Source: Octopus sinensis (Eukaryota). Taken from it: DNA of 64,000 nt. The notes below the pieces were generated by a model that was given only the letters and a program-made list of their open reading frames with translations, was not told the origin of the DNA and did not search any database. Below are positions 24,255 through 36,879 of this stretch, in pieces. Position 1 is the stretch's first letter. Every line of letters starts with the position of its first letter. Made by a program: the position numbers and the translations under genes. The stretch lies in the NCBI RefSeq assembly GCF_006345805.1, contig NC_043014.1:38626001-38690000 (forward strand), given 5' to 3'.

Positions 24255-24821
24255 TTGGGTTGTCCGGAAAGTTTGTGCTGATTTATAGTAGTTTACCTTT
24301 CGACTTATTTTAAAACATGGTTGAGTCCATAAAATAGGATTTGACTACACCTCCATTTAGAGCACAGTTTAAGCTATCTTTTCTTGGAAGAAGGTTTATG
24401 TTCCTATAACCTGTGTTAATTCCGTAACCCTTTAAAATGGAAGACAAGAAAGTTTCATTTTCAGCACTTGATGCTTTGAGAACCAGACAAAAATTGCTGC
24501 AGTTCAGCTGGGATGTGTTACCCTACCCTCCATATTCACCAGATATTGCTCCTTCGGATTTCCACTTATTCAGGTCTCTGCAGAATAGTCTTAATGGTAA
24601 AAATTTCAATTCCTTGGATGACGTAAAATGATACCTTGATGAATTCTTTGCCATGAAACCACCTCAATTCTGGGAAGAAGGTATTTTCAAGTTAAAGGAA
24701 AGATGGAGACGCATTGTGCAACAAAATGGTTCATATTTGGTTGATTAAAAATGTAATGGCAAGTATTTATTGACCTTTTTGTTCCCTTTAAAAATCAGCA
24801 TGAACTTTCCAGACAACCCAA
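24255..24821 (+). mobile_element. Internally deleted mariner element
   Basis: About 28-bp TIRs TTGGGTTGTC(C/T)GGAAAGTT..TGCTGATTT; transposase start MEDKKV fused to C-terminal PYSPDIAPSDFHLFRSLQNSL...WEEGIFKLKERW. Confidence 0.92.
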
Positions 24822-25825
24822 AAGTAAAGATGAATTGTAAAGCAATTTACAGCTGGTGATCATCCCTTTGTTTCTTTTACTGATATTGTACACCAGGAAA
24901 GACTGCACAAATGTAGGCTTTGAATACAAGAAGGATGTGATGAGAGTTGTGATAAAAATAGTCAATTTGATGACCGCCACCAACACTTTTGAATAAAAGA
25001 GAATTTTATTTACTTCTAAATGAAGCTAAATCAGTTTACAATGGTTCACTGAAATATAATGATATATGATGGCTGAATCACATCCTGGCCAAGTACTTGA
25101 ATGAGTTTTAAGTGAAATCAAACTATTTTTACTCATGTTAAAGCTTTGGGTATGATTTTCTTCAGTTAAATAATTTGGCTTGAGTCAGTGAGCTTACGTT
25201 TCTCATGGATTTTTAATTGCATCGAAATGTCTGAATGAAATCGATATTAAACTTCTCAAAGACATTTGTGACAATGATAGTAAGGAATTGGAAAGAGAAA
25301 ATCCTAGCATAATGTATAGCAACAGCACAAGGTTACAGTAGATAATGAGGTGTGGTGGTTGTGTCTGAGGCCTCCTAACCATCAACCATGGGGAAGGATC
25401 CATTCTTTGATTTGTTCATGATTGATTTTGTTTTGGTCAAAATTTTAAGAGTAAACTCAGAATATTTCAATACAATTTAGATAATAACATTTCCAAATAC
25501 TTCCCAAAAGTGAAGAAGCATTTTGGAAAAAAATAAATAAATATAAATAAAAACCTTAAGCAACATGCTAAAACAGTTTATAGTTCTTAGTTGGTGTAAC
25601 CAATCGCCTTTCTTTTAGATTTGAAACAGTTCAAAAGGTCAGAGGAAACAATATAATTTATTGTTATATTTTGAGATGGTCATTTTTTTTTTGCCAAATA
25701 AACACATGCACTATATATTTGTTCTTCATTCATTTATGACTGCTACTGCAGGAGGATACATGTGGATGGAAAGAATCAATGACGAGGTTACAGATGTTTG
25801 AGGAAAGATTTCCAGACAATGGACA

Positions 25826-26225
25826 TAGGCGTAGGACTGGCTGCGTGGCAAGTAGCTTGCTTACCAACTACATGGTTCCGGGTTCAGTTCCACTGCGTGG
25901 CACCTTGGGCAAGTGCCTCGGCCTGACTATAGCCTACTATAGCCTCGGCCTGACCAAAGCCTTGTGAGTGGATTTGGTAGATGGAAACTGAAAGAAGCCT
26001 GTTGTATATATGTATATATATGTGAGTGTGTCTGTGTTTGTCCCCCCAACATCGCTTGACAACAGATGCTGGTGTGTTTATGTCCCCGTAACTTAGCGGT
26101 TCGGCAAAAGTGACCAATAGAATAAGTACTAGGCTTACAAAGAATAAGTCCTGGGGTCGATTTGCTCGACTAAAGGCGGTGCTCCAGCATGGCCACAGTC
26201 ACATGACTGAAACAAGATAAAATAA
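25826..26225 (+). mobile_element. SINE family A
   Basis: Full-length match to the family. Confidence 0.88.
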
Positions 26226-26586
26226 GAACAGTAATAAACAAGTGAAGAATGAATATATAGTACGTCATTGCCAGTACCGCCTGACTGGCCCTTGTGCCGG
26301 TGGCATGTAAAAGCACCCACTTCACTCTTGGTGTGGTTGGCGTTAGGAAGGGCATCCAGCTGTAGAAACATTGCCAGATCAGACTGAGCCTGGTGCAGCC
26401 TTCTGGCTCACCAGTCCTCAATCAAACCATTCAACCCATGCCAGCATGGAAACTGAATGTTAAACGATGATGATGTGTTTATTTGGCAAAAAAAGACCAT
26501 CCTGAAATATAACAATATTTGTTTCAATACATGGTTTCACATCAGGAATCTGGCAACACAAATTCATAAATGTAATATAATCTATA

Positions 26587-26975
26587 GGAGGCGCAATGGC
26601 CCAGTGGTTAGGGCAGCGGACTCGCAGTCATAGGATCGCGGTTTCGATTCCCAGACCGGGCGTTGTGTGTGTTTATTGAGCGAAAACACCTAAAGCTCCA
26701 CGAGGCTCCAGCAGGGGGTCGTGGCGACCCCTGTTGTACTCTTTCGCCTCAACTTTCTCTCACTCCACTCTTACTTCCTGTTTCTGTTGTACCTGTATTT
26801 TAAGGGGCCGGCCTTGTCACTCTCTGTGTCACGCTGAATATCCCTGAGAACTACGTTAAGGGTGCACGTGTCTGTGGAGTGCTCAGCCACTTACACGTTA
26901 ATTTCACGAGCAGGCTGTTCCGTTGATTCGGATCAACCGGAACTCTCATCGTCGTAACCGACAGAGTGCTTCCAC
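26587..26975 (+). mobile_element. tRNA-derived SINE (head H1 + tail T1)
   Basis: A box TGGCCCAGTGG, B box GGTTTCGATTCC; near-identical inverted copy at 57095-57482. Confidence 0.88.
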
Positions 26976-27127
26976 ATAATCTATAGAATATTCTATTGAA
27001 GCAGATTTTGTGGACCTGGAATTAGAGGTGTTTGAGTAGCTTGATTTAAAGGACCTAGAAATGTAAGTAAGTTGGTTTCTAATTCATAACACTCAGAGCA
27101 GATTTATAAGAAATCAAAATGTACGAT

Positions 27128-28135
27128 AGGCACAGACATGGCTGTGTGGTTATGAAGTTTGTTTTCCAACCATCTGGTTTCAGGTTCAGTCCTACTGCAC
27201 AGAACCTTGGGTAAGTGGCTTCTACTATAACCCTCTATTTTGGTAGATGGGAAATGTGTGTAAGGCACAGACATGGCTGTGGTTATGAAGTTTGTTTTCC
27301 AACCATCTGGTTTCAGGTTCAGTCCTACTGCACAGAACCTTGGGTAAGTGGCTTCTACTATAACCCTCTATTTTGGTAGATGGGAAATGTGTGTAAGGCA
27401 CAGACATGGCTGTGTGGTTATGAAGTTTGTTTTCCAACCATCTGGTTTCAGGTTCAGTCCTACTGCACGGAACCTTGGGTAAGTGGCTTCTACTATAACC
27501 CTCTATTTTGGTAGATGGGAAATGTGTGTAAGGCACAGACATGGCTGTGTGGTTATGAAGTTTGTTTTCCAACCATCTGGTTTCAGGTTCAGTCCTACTG
27601 CACGGAACCTTGGGTAAGTGGCTTTTACTATAACCCTCGATTTTGGTAGATGGGAAATCTACCAAAATACGGCACAGACATGGCTGTGTGGTTATGAAGT
27701 TTGTTTTCCAACCATCTGGTTTCAGGTTCAGTCCTACTGCACAGAACCTTGGGTAAGTGGCTTCTACTATAACCCTCTATTTTGGTAGATGGGAAATGTG
27801 TGTAAGGCACAGACATGGCTGTGTGGTTATGAAGTTTGTTTTCCAACCATCTGGTTTCAGGTTCAGTCCTACTGCACAGAACCTTGGGTAAGTGGCTTCT
27901 ACTATAACCCTTTATTTTGGTAGATGGGAAATGTGTGGAAATACACTGTGTGTATTTGCTTGACACACCGCCCATCCACCGCTTGACAACCAGTGTTGGT
28001 TTGTTTACATCCCCATAACTTAGTGGTATGACAAAAGAAATCAACAGAATAAGCACCAGACTTAAGTACTGGAGTCAGTCTGTTCAACTAAAGCAGGACT
28101 TCAGTATGGCTGCAGTCCAATGATTGATATAAGCA
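27128..28135 (+). repeat. Six tandem 133-139-bp copies of a SINE A 5' segment; the last continues into the SINE 3' half
   Basis: Units start at 27128, 27263, 27396, 27531, 27670 and 27805. Confidence 0.93.
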
Positions 28136-28380
28136 AATGGTACAAGATGAAAAAAAAATAATCATGAATAAGTATTCAATCTATGAGTTTCTGAGAGTGC
28201 AGAATTAGGCACAGGTATGGCTGTGTGGTAAGAAGGTTACTTCTCAACTACATGGTTCTGGGTTCAGTTCCACTGTATGGCATCTTGGACAAGTATCTTC
28301 TACTATAGCCTCGGGCCGACAAAAGCCTTGCAAGTGGATTTGGTAGACGGAAACTGAAAGAATCCTGTTGTATATAAATA

Positions 28381-28690
28381 TCACTGTGACCATGACCAAC
28401 CAGGCTATCAGATGTTGCTACACATCGCTGGTCACAATGCACTTTGCATTGTTTTAGCCTTCAAATGATGCCACCCTGCTGGCTAAGTGAGCAGGCCAAC
28501 AGGATTAAGAGTGAGAGAAAGTCGTGATGAAAGAGTACAGCAGATATCGCCACCACCCGCTGCCAGAGCCTCGTGGAGCTTTAGGTGTTTTCGCTCAATA
28601 AACACTCACAATGCTCGGTCTGGGAATCGAAACTGTGATCCTATGACCGCGAGTCCGCTGCCCTAACCACTAGGCCATTGCGCATCCACA
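28381..28690 (-). mobile_element. SINE (head H1 + tail T2) nested in a SINE A (28207-28915)
   Basis: 10-bp TSD TATATAAATA at 28371-28380 and 28691-28700. Confidence 0.85.
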
Positions 28691-28924
28691 TATATAAATA
28701 TATATGTCTATATCTATGTGTGTGTTTTTGTATGTGTTTGTCACCCACCACCACTTGACAATTGGTGTTGGTGTGTTTACATCCCCATAACTTAGTGGAA
28801 ACCGATAGAATAAGTACTAGGCCTAAATAAAAAGTCCTTGGGTCAATTTGTTAGACTAAAACCCTTCAAGGTGGTGTCCCAGTACGGTCACAAACAAATG
28901 ACTGAAACAAGTTAAAGATAATTG

Positions 28925-29495
28925 TACCTGCTTTATGCTCAAACCAATCAGATCTGGCCTCTCACACCCACCCTACAATCTCATTCTAAAAATAGGCGCA
29001 GGAGTGGCTGTGTGGTAAGTAGCTTGTTTACACCTTGGGCAAGTGTCTTCTACTATAGCCTCGGGCCGACCAAAGCCTTGTGAGTGGATTTGGTAGACGG
29101 AAACTGAAAGAAGCCCGTCGTATATATGTATATATATATATATGCATGTGTGTGTTTGTGTGCCTGTGTTTGTCCCCCTAGCATTGCTTGACAACCGATG
29201 CTGGTGTGTTTATGTCCCCGTTACTTAGCGGTTCGACAAAAGAGACCGATAGAATAAGTACTGGGCTTACAAAAGAATAAGTCCCGGGGTCGAGTCGCTC
29301 GATTAAAGGCGGTGCTCCAGCATGGCCGCAGTCAAATGACTGAAACAAGTAAAAGAGTAATCACATTGTCAAAATTTCAAAGCTACAAGATAAAGCATCA
29401 GTAATTCAAAAACCTAAGCCTAATTGTAATTCAGAACAATGTGAATAAAATAAGCATTACATTTGACAATGTAATCTGAATGCTAAAGGGTTAAA
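28925..29495 (-). mobile_element. piggyBac-like MITE interrupted by a SINE A (28993-29358)
   Basis: Terminus GTAATCTGAATGCTAAAGGG-TTAA; the two halves match the intact copy at 34820-35040. Confidence 0.75.
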
Positions 29496-29873
29496 TTCTT
29501 GCAAAAGCAATCCTAAAGATTATCTCATTATCATTTTTATCATAAAAAGCATTGTTCACAGCACCACTCAGTAATATAATAGACAAACAAGAGAAACAAA
29601 AGGAATAATGACTTGAATGCTGCTGAACAGCATTTTAACATATTACAACCCTCCCATAAAGGAACCACCTTGAACTTTGACCAACTAAAATGTCATTAAA
29701 GTTAACATTGCTTTTTAAAATTCACTTCCTTATTCTAGATTTTTTTTTTATCTTTTATTTTTCATTTATTTCAGTCATTCAATTGTGGCCATGCTGGGGT
29801 ACCACCTTGAAGTGTTTAGTTGAACAAATCAACCCCAATACATTTTTTCGCTGTGCTTGAGGAGACCTATTGA

Positions 29874-30630
29874 AGGAGTGGCTGTGTGGTAAGTAGCTTG
29901 CTTACCGATAACATGGTTCAGAGTTCAGTCCCAGTACGTGGCACCTTGGGCAAGTGTCTTCTACTACAGCCTCGGGCCGACCAAAGCCTTGTGAGTGGAT
30001 TTGGTAGACGGAAACTGAAAGAAGCCTGTTGTATATATGTATATATATGTATGTGTGTGTATGTGTTTGTGTGTCTGTGTTTGTCCCCCAACATCGCTTG
30101 GCAACCGATGCTGGTGTGTTTACGTCCCCGTAACTTAGCAGTTCGGCAAAAGAGACCAATAGAATAAGTACTAGGCTTACAAAGAATAAGTCCTGGGGTC
30201 AATTTGCTCGACTAAAGATGGTGCTCCAGCATGGCCACAGTCAAATGACTGAAACAATTAAAAGAGTAACATCAAAATAAAAACCAAATGGAAATTGTAG
30301 TTGTGATACCTGTGCCGGTGGCACGTAAAAAGCACCATCCAAACATGGCCAATGCCAGCACCACCTTGACTGGCTTCCATGCCGTTGGCACATAAAAAGC
30401 ACCAACCGATCGTGGTCATTTGCCAGCCTCCCCTGGCACCTGTACCGGTGGCACATAAAAAGCACCCACTACACTCTCGGAGTAGTTAGCGTTAGGAAGG
30501 TCATCCAGCTGTAGAAACATTGCCAGATCAGACTGGAGCCTGGTGCAGCCTCCTGGCTTCCCAGACCCCGGTTGAACCGTCCAACCCCTGCTAGCATGGA
30601 AAACAGACGTTAAACGATGATGATGATGAT
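29874..30630 (+). mobile_element. SINE A followed by an RTE 3' UTR fragment
   Basis: Family matches; (GAT)n tail at about 30615-30630. Confidence 0.82.
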
Positions 30631-30987
30631 TAATCTGGTACTTAATCCATCAGACTCTTTTTCCAAAAACTAAGTTACATGGATGTAAACAAACCAATAC
30701 TAAATGTCAAATGGTAGTGGGGGGACAAACACATACTTGCATATATATCATCATCATCATCATTATCATCATCACCACCACCATCATCATTTAATATCCG
30801 TGTTCCATGCTGACACAAGTTGGATGCTTTGACAGATATATCAATGTGTGCAAAGACTGCATCAAGCTCCAGTATTTGCCTCACACACACATAAGAGGCT
30901 TCCGCACAGTTTTCATTTAACTAGCAGATTTTCACCCAACTTTGATCCCTCATACTATTACCAGCATTGTCTTCTCTGGCACTGCAC

Positions 30988-31222
30988 CTATTTCATTACT
31001 ACCCACAAGGGGCTCAACACAGAGGGGACAAACAAGGACAGACAAACGGATTAAGTCGAATACGTCGACTCCCAGTGCATAACTGGTACTTATTTAATCG
31101 ATCCCGAAAGGATGAAAAGCAAAGTCGACCTCGGTGGAATTTGAACTCAGAACGTAACGGCAGACGAAATACTGCAATGCATTTCGCCCGGCATGCTAAC
31201 GATTATCCCAGCTCGCCACCTT
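30988..31222 (-). mobile_element. SINE family B
   Basis: Core and alpha tail; further copies at 35722, 38122, 41575, 54683(+) and 61918. Confidence 0.85.
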
Positions 31223-31806
31223 TCTGGCACTACACCTGATTTCTTTGATGTCTTTTTTCCTTTTCTTCTAAAATATTCAGCCTTCAGTTCTTAAGGCCAC
31301 TGCAATACCTCTCCTTGATTATGCCTATACTAAAGCCTACTGAAAAGAGATTTGACAGAATATAATTGACCAACTTTGATCCATATAGTTTTTGGTCTAC
31401 CAGTAGTTGTCTGGTTTATTGTTTTAAGGAGTCTTACATTTATTGCTACCATTTATAATAGTATGTTTTACTATCTCACAACAACTAAAGCTTAACAGAG
31501 TTCCATTTTTTAGGATGAGATCAAACTCCTTTATTTGTTTTTAATGAAAGAAGGAAATGCTGGCAATCAATACAGATGAGATTTTGCAGGGCCCCAAATA
31601 CTAGTGAATGAAAAGGACACAGAAACAACAAATCACTACCGCCATCATCATCATCATCATCACCACCACCACCATTCAACATCCACCTTCCATGCTAACA
31701 CAAGTTAGAATGTCACAATCCAAGTCCTGTTTTGAAGCCATTACCCTCCTGGATGAGTTGGAAGATTATGTCTTATTTATGTATTCTATTTTTGATTTGA
31801 TTTCTA

Positions 31807-32655
31807 CAGGGTCAGGCAAAATGATCTGACACATTTGTAGGTTAAATAAAAGGCAAATGAAGTAAAGAAACAAAAAAGTGTTTTTATTTTTGAAAAGTAC
31901 GTATAATGCCATTTTGTTTCATTATGTTTTAAAAATTATATCAGTCAAATGGGATCCATTATTGTCCACACACTGTCGAAGGCGTTCACGAAAGTTGTCA
32001 ATAACTCGGCGGGTCATTTCATGTGGAATGGCAGTAATTTCTTGACGAATTGCATCTTTAAGTTGTTCAATAGATCGAGGGCGATTAATGTATACCTTTG
32101 ACTTGAGGTATCCCCAGAGAAAAAAATCGCACGGATTTAAATCAGGTGAACGGGCGGGCTAACCGATGTCACCACGCAATGAGATCAAATGACCAGGGAA
32201 CATATTCCTCAAAATCCCCATCGCACGTCGAGAAGTGTGGGCTGTTGCCCCGTCCTGTTGAAACCAAACATTGTCCATATCGCGGAGCATATTCAATTTT
32301 GGTCTGAGAAAAGTCTCTGATTTAAATCCGTGCGATTTTTTTCTCTGGGGATACCTCAAGTCAAAGGTATACATTAATCGCCCTCGATCTATTGAACAAC
32401 TTAAAGATGCAATTCGTCAAGAAATTACTGCCATTCCACATGAAATGACCCGCCGAGCTATTGACAACTTTCGTGAACGCCTTCGACAGTGTGTAGACAA
32501 TAATGGATCCCATTTGACTGATTTAATTTTTAAAACATAATGAAACAAAATGGCATCATATGTACTTTTCAAAAATAAAAACACTTTTTTGTTTCTTTAC
32601 TTCATTTGCCTTTTATTTAACCTACAAATGTGTCAGATTATTTTGCCTGACCCTG
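31807..32655. mobile_element. Fold-back derivative of a DD41D (rosa-type) Tc1/mariner transposon
   Basis: TA TSD; 339-bp inverted arms (31807-32145 and 32317-32655) with about 6 mismatches. Minus strand reads WFQQDGATAH...G*PARSPDLNPCD with 41 residues between the two Ds. Confidence 0.93.
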
Positions 32656-34819
32656 TATAACCGGATGTCTCCCCTAACACCTATCACTTTACAGAGTGTA
32701 CTGGGTGCATTTTATTGTGGCGCCAGCACGAGATAATTTGTCAAGTTCTCAACCTGACTAAAATACCTTCTACATCCTACACTGACACTGCTCACTCACC
32801 AACCCCTTTGCAAAATGTATTGGGTCTTTTTTATCATGGCACCAGCACTAGTGGAGTTGCTTTGTACTTCATAAGACCAAAAAAGAAAGTCCTCACTACT
32901 TTACAATATGTTTTTGCTTTTCATTCACAGCAACATGACCAAGAGGGTAAACAGAAGAGAAAATGATGACAGAAGAAGAATCAGGATAAGTGAGTGAAGA
33001 ATACAAAAGAATAAAGGCAATTCATGACTGCAAAAAAAGCCACTTGCATGTGAATCCGACCAAGTCAAGTGTGAGCTCCTGCATTAGAAACTGGACATTT
33101 GTCAGCTAGCATAGATTCATGTAATAATCCTGTTCCTCATATGTGTGTTGCCCACAAAAGAGGGTTTGATTCTCATGAATGAATCAATAAAATAACGTGT
33201 GCAGCTACTGGAATTTTCCAGTTAACATTTATCTGCGTGACATGGTTGATCAAGTGAAAAATGACTTCTATTCATAGTTAACAATATATCCAGGTAATGT
33301 CTTATCATTGAACAAATATTTTAAACATAATGCACAAAACAAGATATAATGTCAGTAGTCAAAGCCACTTGCATGTGAATCCGACCAAGTTAAGTCATAG
33401 CAGACCTTAATTACTAGTGCAATAGCGTTTATAGATTTTTGTTTTTTTTACCATGCAAATTTTATTCTGAGCCAAGCATTAACTAATAAAAGCATGGCAT
33501 ATATTTTGCAGTGTGTGATCTCAACTAGCTTTTAACCTTTACCCAGAGCTCAAATCTCAGCCGTAAATTTCACTAGAAATATATAAAAAAAAACAGAGCA
33601 GTCAGACAATAAAGCGATTTATTGCACATTAGCAAGAATTGATTTTCATTTTCTCGGCAAATCCAAGAGAAAGCAACAACACCTGCTGTGTGTATATGTG
33701 CGTGAGAGAAAGAGAGAAACAAGCTTTCGAAATAGGAAACATTATACATGTTATGGCTGGTTCAGAAACCATTGAGACTAGCTTTTATAGATAGACACAC
33801 TGAGACACATACCTTCACATATAAAAATACATAAATATTATCAAAGGCTAACAATATTTATATTTTTCACCACATAACTACTCAAAGTAAGGTTTTTAAT
33901 GCTAAATCAAACATGTTCTATACTAAATATGTTAACACACATACTTTGATTGTTATTCTTCATGTAGATGGCATTTCTGTGTTATTTTTCTTTAAATAAC
34001 CTTATTTTTCTATACCAATCAATCATCATCATCGTTTAACGTCCGTTTTCCGCGCTAGCACAGGTTGGACGGTTCAACCGGGGTCTGGGCTGCCCCAGGC
34101 TCCAGTCTGATCTGGCAGTGTTTCTACAGCTGGATGCCCTTCCTAACGCCAACCACTCCGCGAGTGTAGTGGGTGCTTTTTACGTGCCACCTGCACAGGT
34201 GCCAGAGGGGTCTGGCATCAGCCACGATCGGTTGGTGCTTTTTTATGTGCCACCGGCACAGAAGCCAGTCAAGGCGGTGCTGGCATCGGCCACGTTCGGA
34301 TGGTGCTTTTTATGTGCCACCAGCACAGAAGCCATTCGAGGCAGGGTTGGCATCGGTCACGTTCGGATGGTGCTTTTTATGTGCCACCGGCACAGAAGCC
34401 AGTGGAGGCTGCACTGGCAACGGCCACATTTCCTTTCTAATTCTCCTATCATGGCTTCAGCAAGTATAGTGAATGCCATGTTTCCCTGATGAGGTTAGAA
34501 TAAAATCAAAACATTTTCAGAATTGCCTCTCTTACTAAAAAAAACAGAAATGAAAATATTATGTGTCACTGATTAATAATTCTCACTATGAATTATTCCT
34601 AATCAATTTTTTTAATATTTTCTGCACTAAATGCTTTCAGTGGATTTTACCATTTAGTTACAAAGAAAAGAACAATGCCCATGGCCCTTTATTTTTCCAG
34701 CTCCTTTGACACTGACATGAAGAAGGGAACAAGTTATCCTAAAACCAGAGCCCTTGTTCAAATGCAGGCAACAGAATGAAATCTGCAAACTGCATTAAAA
34801 GGTCAGATAGTCATTTTAA

Positions 34820-35040
34820 CCATTTAGTATTTAGATTCTTCAGTCAAATATAATACTTGGATATCTACGTTGCTTTGAAATTAATCATGCATTATCTTGT
34901 AGCTTTGAAATTTCAGTGACATGATTGATTATTTCCAGAATGACATTGTAGGGTGGGTGTGAGAGGCTGAATCTGGCGGGATTTCAACATAAAACAATGT
35001 CCAATATTTGGACCTGATACAGCCTGATACAGCTAAAAGG
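34820..35040. mobile_element. piggyBac-like MITE (TTAA TSD)
   Basis: TTAA-CCATTTAG...CTAAAAGG-TTAA; fragments of the same family at about 18500-18605 and 21083-21400. Confidence 0.75.
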
Positions 35041-36295
35041 TTAACTCAAATAATAAATGAAGTCTTTGACCCAATTCAACATAATCATCATTATCATTTT
35101 AATGTCAATTTTTCCATGCTTGCTTCCCAACCACATGATTCTGGGTTCAGTCCCACTGCATGGCACCTTGGGCAAATGTCTTCTACATTAACCTTAGGCT
35201 ACCCAAAGCCTTGTGAGTGGATCTGGTCGATGGAAACTGAAAGAAGCCCATCGTATATATACATGTATACATGTCTATTTGTGTATGGCTTTGTGTCTCT
35301 ATGTTTGTTCTCCCATCACCACATGAAAACCAGTGTTGGTGTGTTTATGTCCATATAACTTAGCAGTTCAGCAAAAGAGACCAATAGAATAAGTACCAGG
35401 CTTAAAAAATAAGTCCTGGAGTCGATTTGCTTGACTAAAAGGTGGTGCTCGAGCATGGCTGCAGTCACATGACCGAAACAAGTAAAAGAATAAAAGAAAA
35501 AATAAGCAGACACAAATATACAGACACTCACACACATATATATGATGGGATTCTTTCAGTTTCTACCAACCAAATCCACTCACAAAGCTTCGGTCAGCTT
35601 GGGGTTACAGCAGAAGATACTTGTCCAAGGAGCCACACAGTAAAATTGAACCTGAAACCAAGTGGTTAGGACGCAAACTTCCAACCCGCATAACCATGCC
35701 TTTACTGACACACATATCATTACCTATTTCTTTATTACCCACAAGGGGCTAAACACAGAATACAGAGGGGACAAACAAGGACAGACATAGTTATTAAGTC
35801 GATTATATCGACTCCAGTGCATAACTGGTACTTATTTAATCGACCCCAAAAGGATGAAAGGAAAAGTCGACCTCGGTGGAATTTGAACTCACAACGTAAT
35901 GACAGACGAAATGTGGCTACACATTTCGCCCGGCATGCTAACGTTTCTGCCAGATCATTACCGAATCCTCACATTTGCTGTTTCTTAATAGTCAGCCATG
36001 GGAGGAAGGGCAGTGCCTATAACCTTTACAGACCTAATTAAACACAACCTCAAAGTTATTCTGTAAACTATTTGGTGGCAAGAAAATTTTAAATGATACA
36101 AGAAGTAACATTTTTTGACCATATATTTTAATAAGTAATTATACTAGTAATTACAGCATCTCTATTTTAGTACCACCCATTAACGACACTATTATGTCAA
36201 CATTCCTGCTTCCTGTTACTAACCTTAACAAATCAGGTTGTAATATCTACTGTATACTAGCTAACATGCTCATAACCTAACATGTTCATAACTAA

Positions 36296-36598
36296 CTAGC
36301 AGTACCACCCGGCGTTGCTCGGGTTTGTAAGGGAAATAACTATATAAGCATTTTTAGAGAGTTACTTCCCTTATATAATAGCAAAAAAATGCATTAAAAA
36401 TGGGAAAAGATGATGGTAAATTTTTTTTTAAATCGTAGACTCATCATAGACGCGCGCTAATACCCAGAAGGGCTCGATATGAATGACGACTATAAGATAC
36501 CCGCTTTCGGTTAAACTGCACCGCAAAATGTGGGAGTAGTTAGGAATCTAAATCGTAGGAGACAGACACTCACACAACTTCACTTTTATATATAAAGA
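36296..36598 (-). mobile_element. Non-autonomous Helitron
   Basis: 5' TC, subterminal hairpin CCCG-AGCAACGC-CGGG, 3' CTAG, inserted between A and T, no TSD. Confidence 0.88.
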
Positions 36599-36879
36599 TA
36601 TATAATAATTCTGGTTTATTTTTTTTTCTTAATCTTCAGATATGTATCTTCAGTTATGTTCCCAGACTTAACAAAAAAGAAAGGAAAAGAAAAGAAAAAA
36701 TTCCATAAAGGATTGATTAAAATAACTTTACAGTCATGTATTTAACGAAGAATGTATTAATGGATTAATGAAAAGCTCTTTCTGAAACATTCTCTTCGTT
36801 TAACCATGTTCAACAAACTGGAATGAATCTGTTTAATGCTCATCCGCATTTACGATTCCCATTAAAAGACAGGGGGGTG

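Noticed and set aside
26587-26660. tRNA genes at SINE heads (26587, 43140, 46245, 57482)
   Set aside because: A and B boxes are present but acceptor stems are incomplete and they run into SINE bodies; tRNA-derived, not tRNA genes.
32911-32995. Plus-strand AG...GTGAGT-bounded 59-nt candidate exon (MTKRVNRRENDDRRRIRI)
   Set aside because: No recognisable homology and no partner exons; such sites arise by chance in 64 kb.
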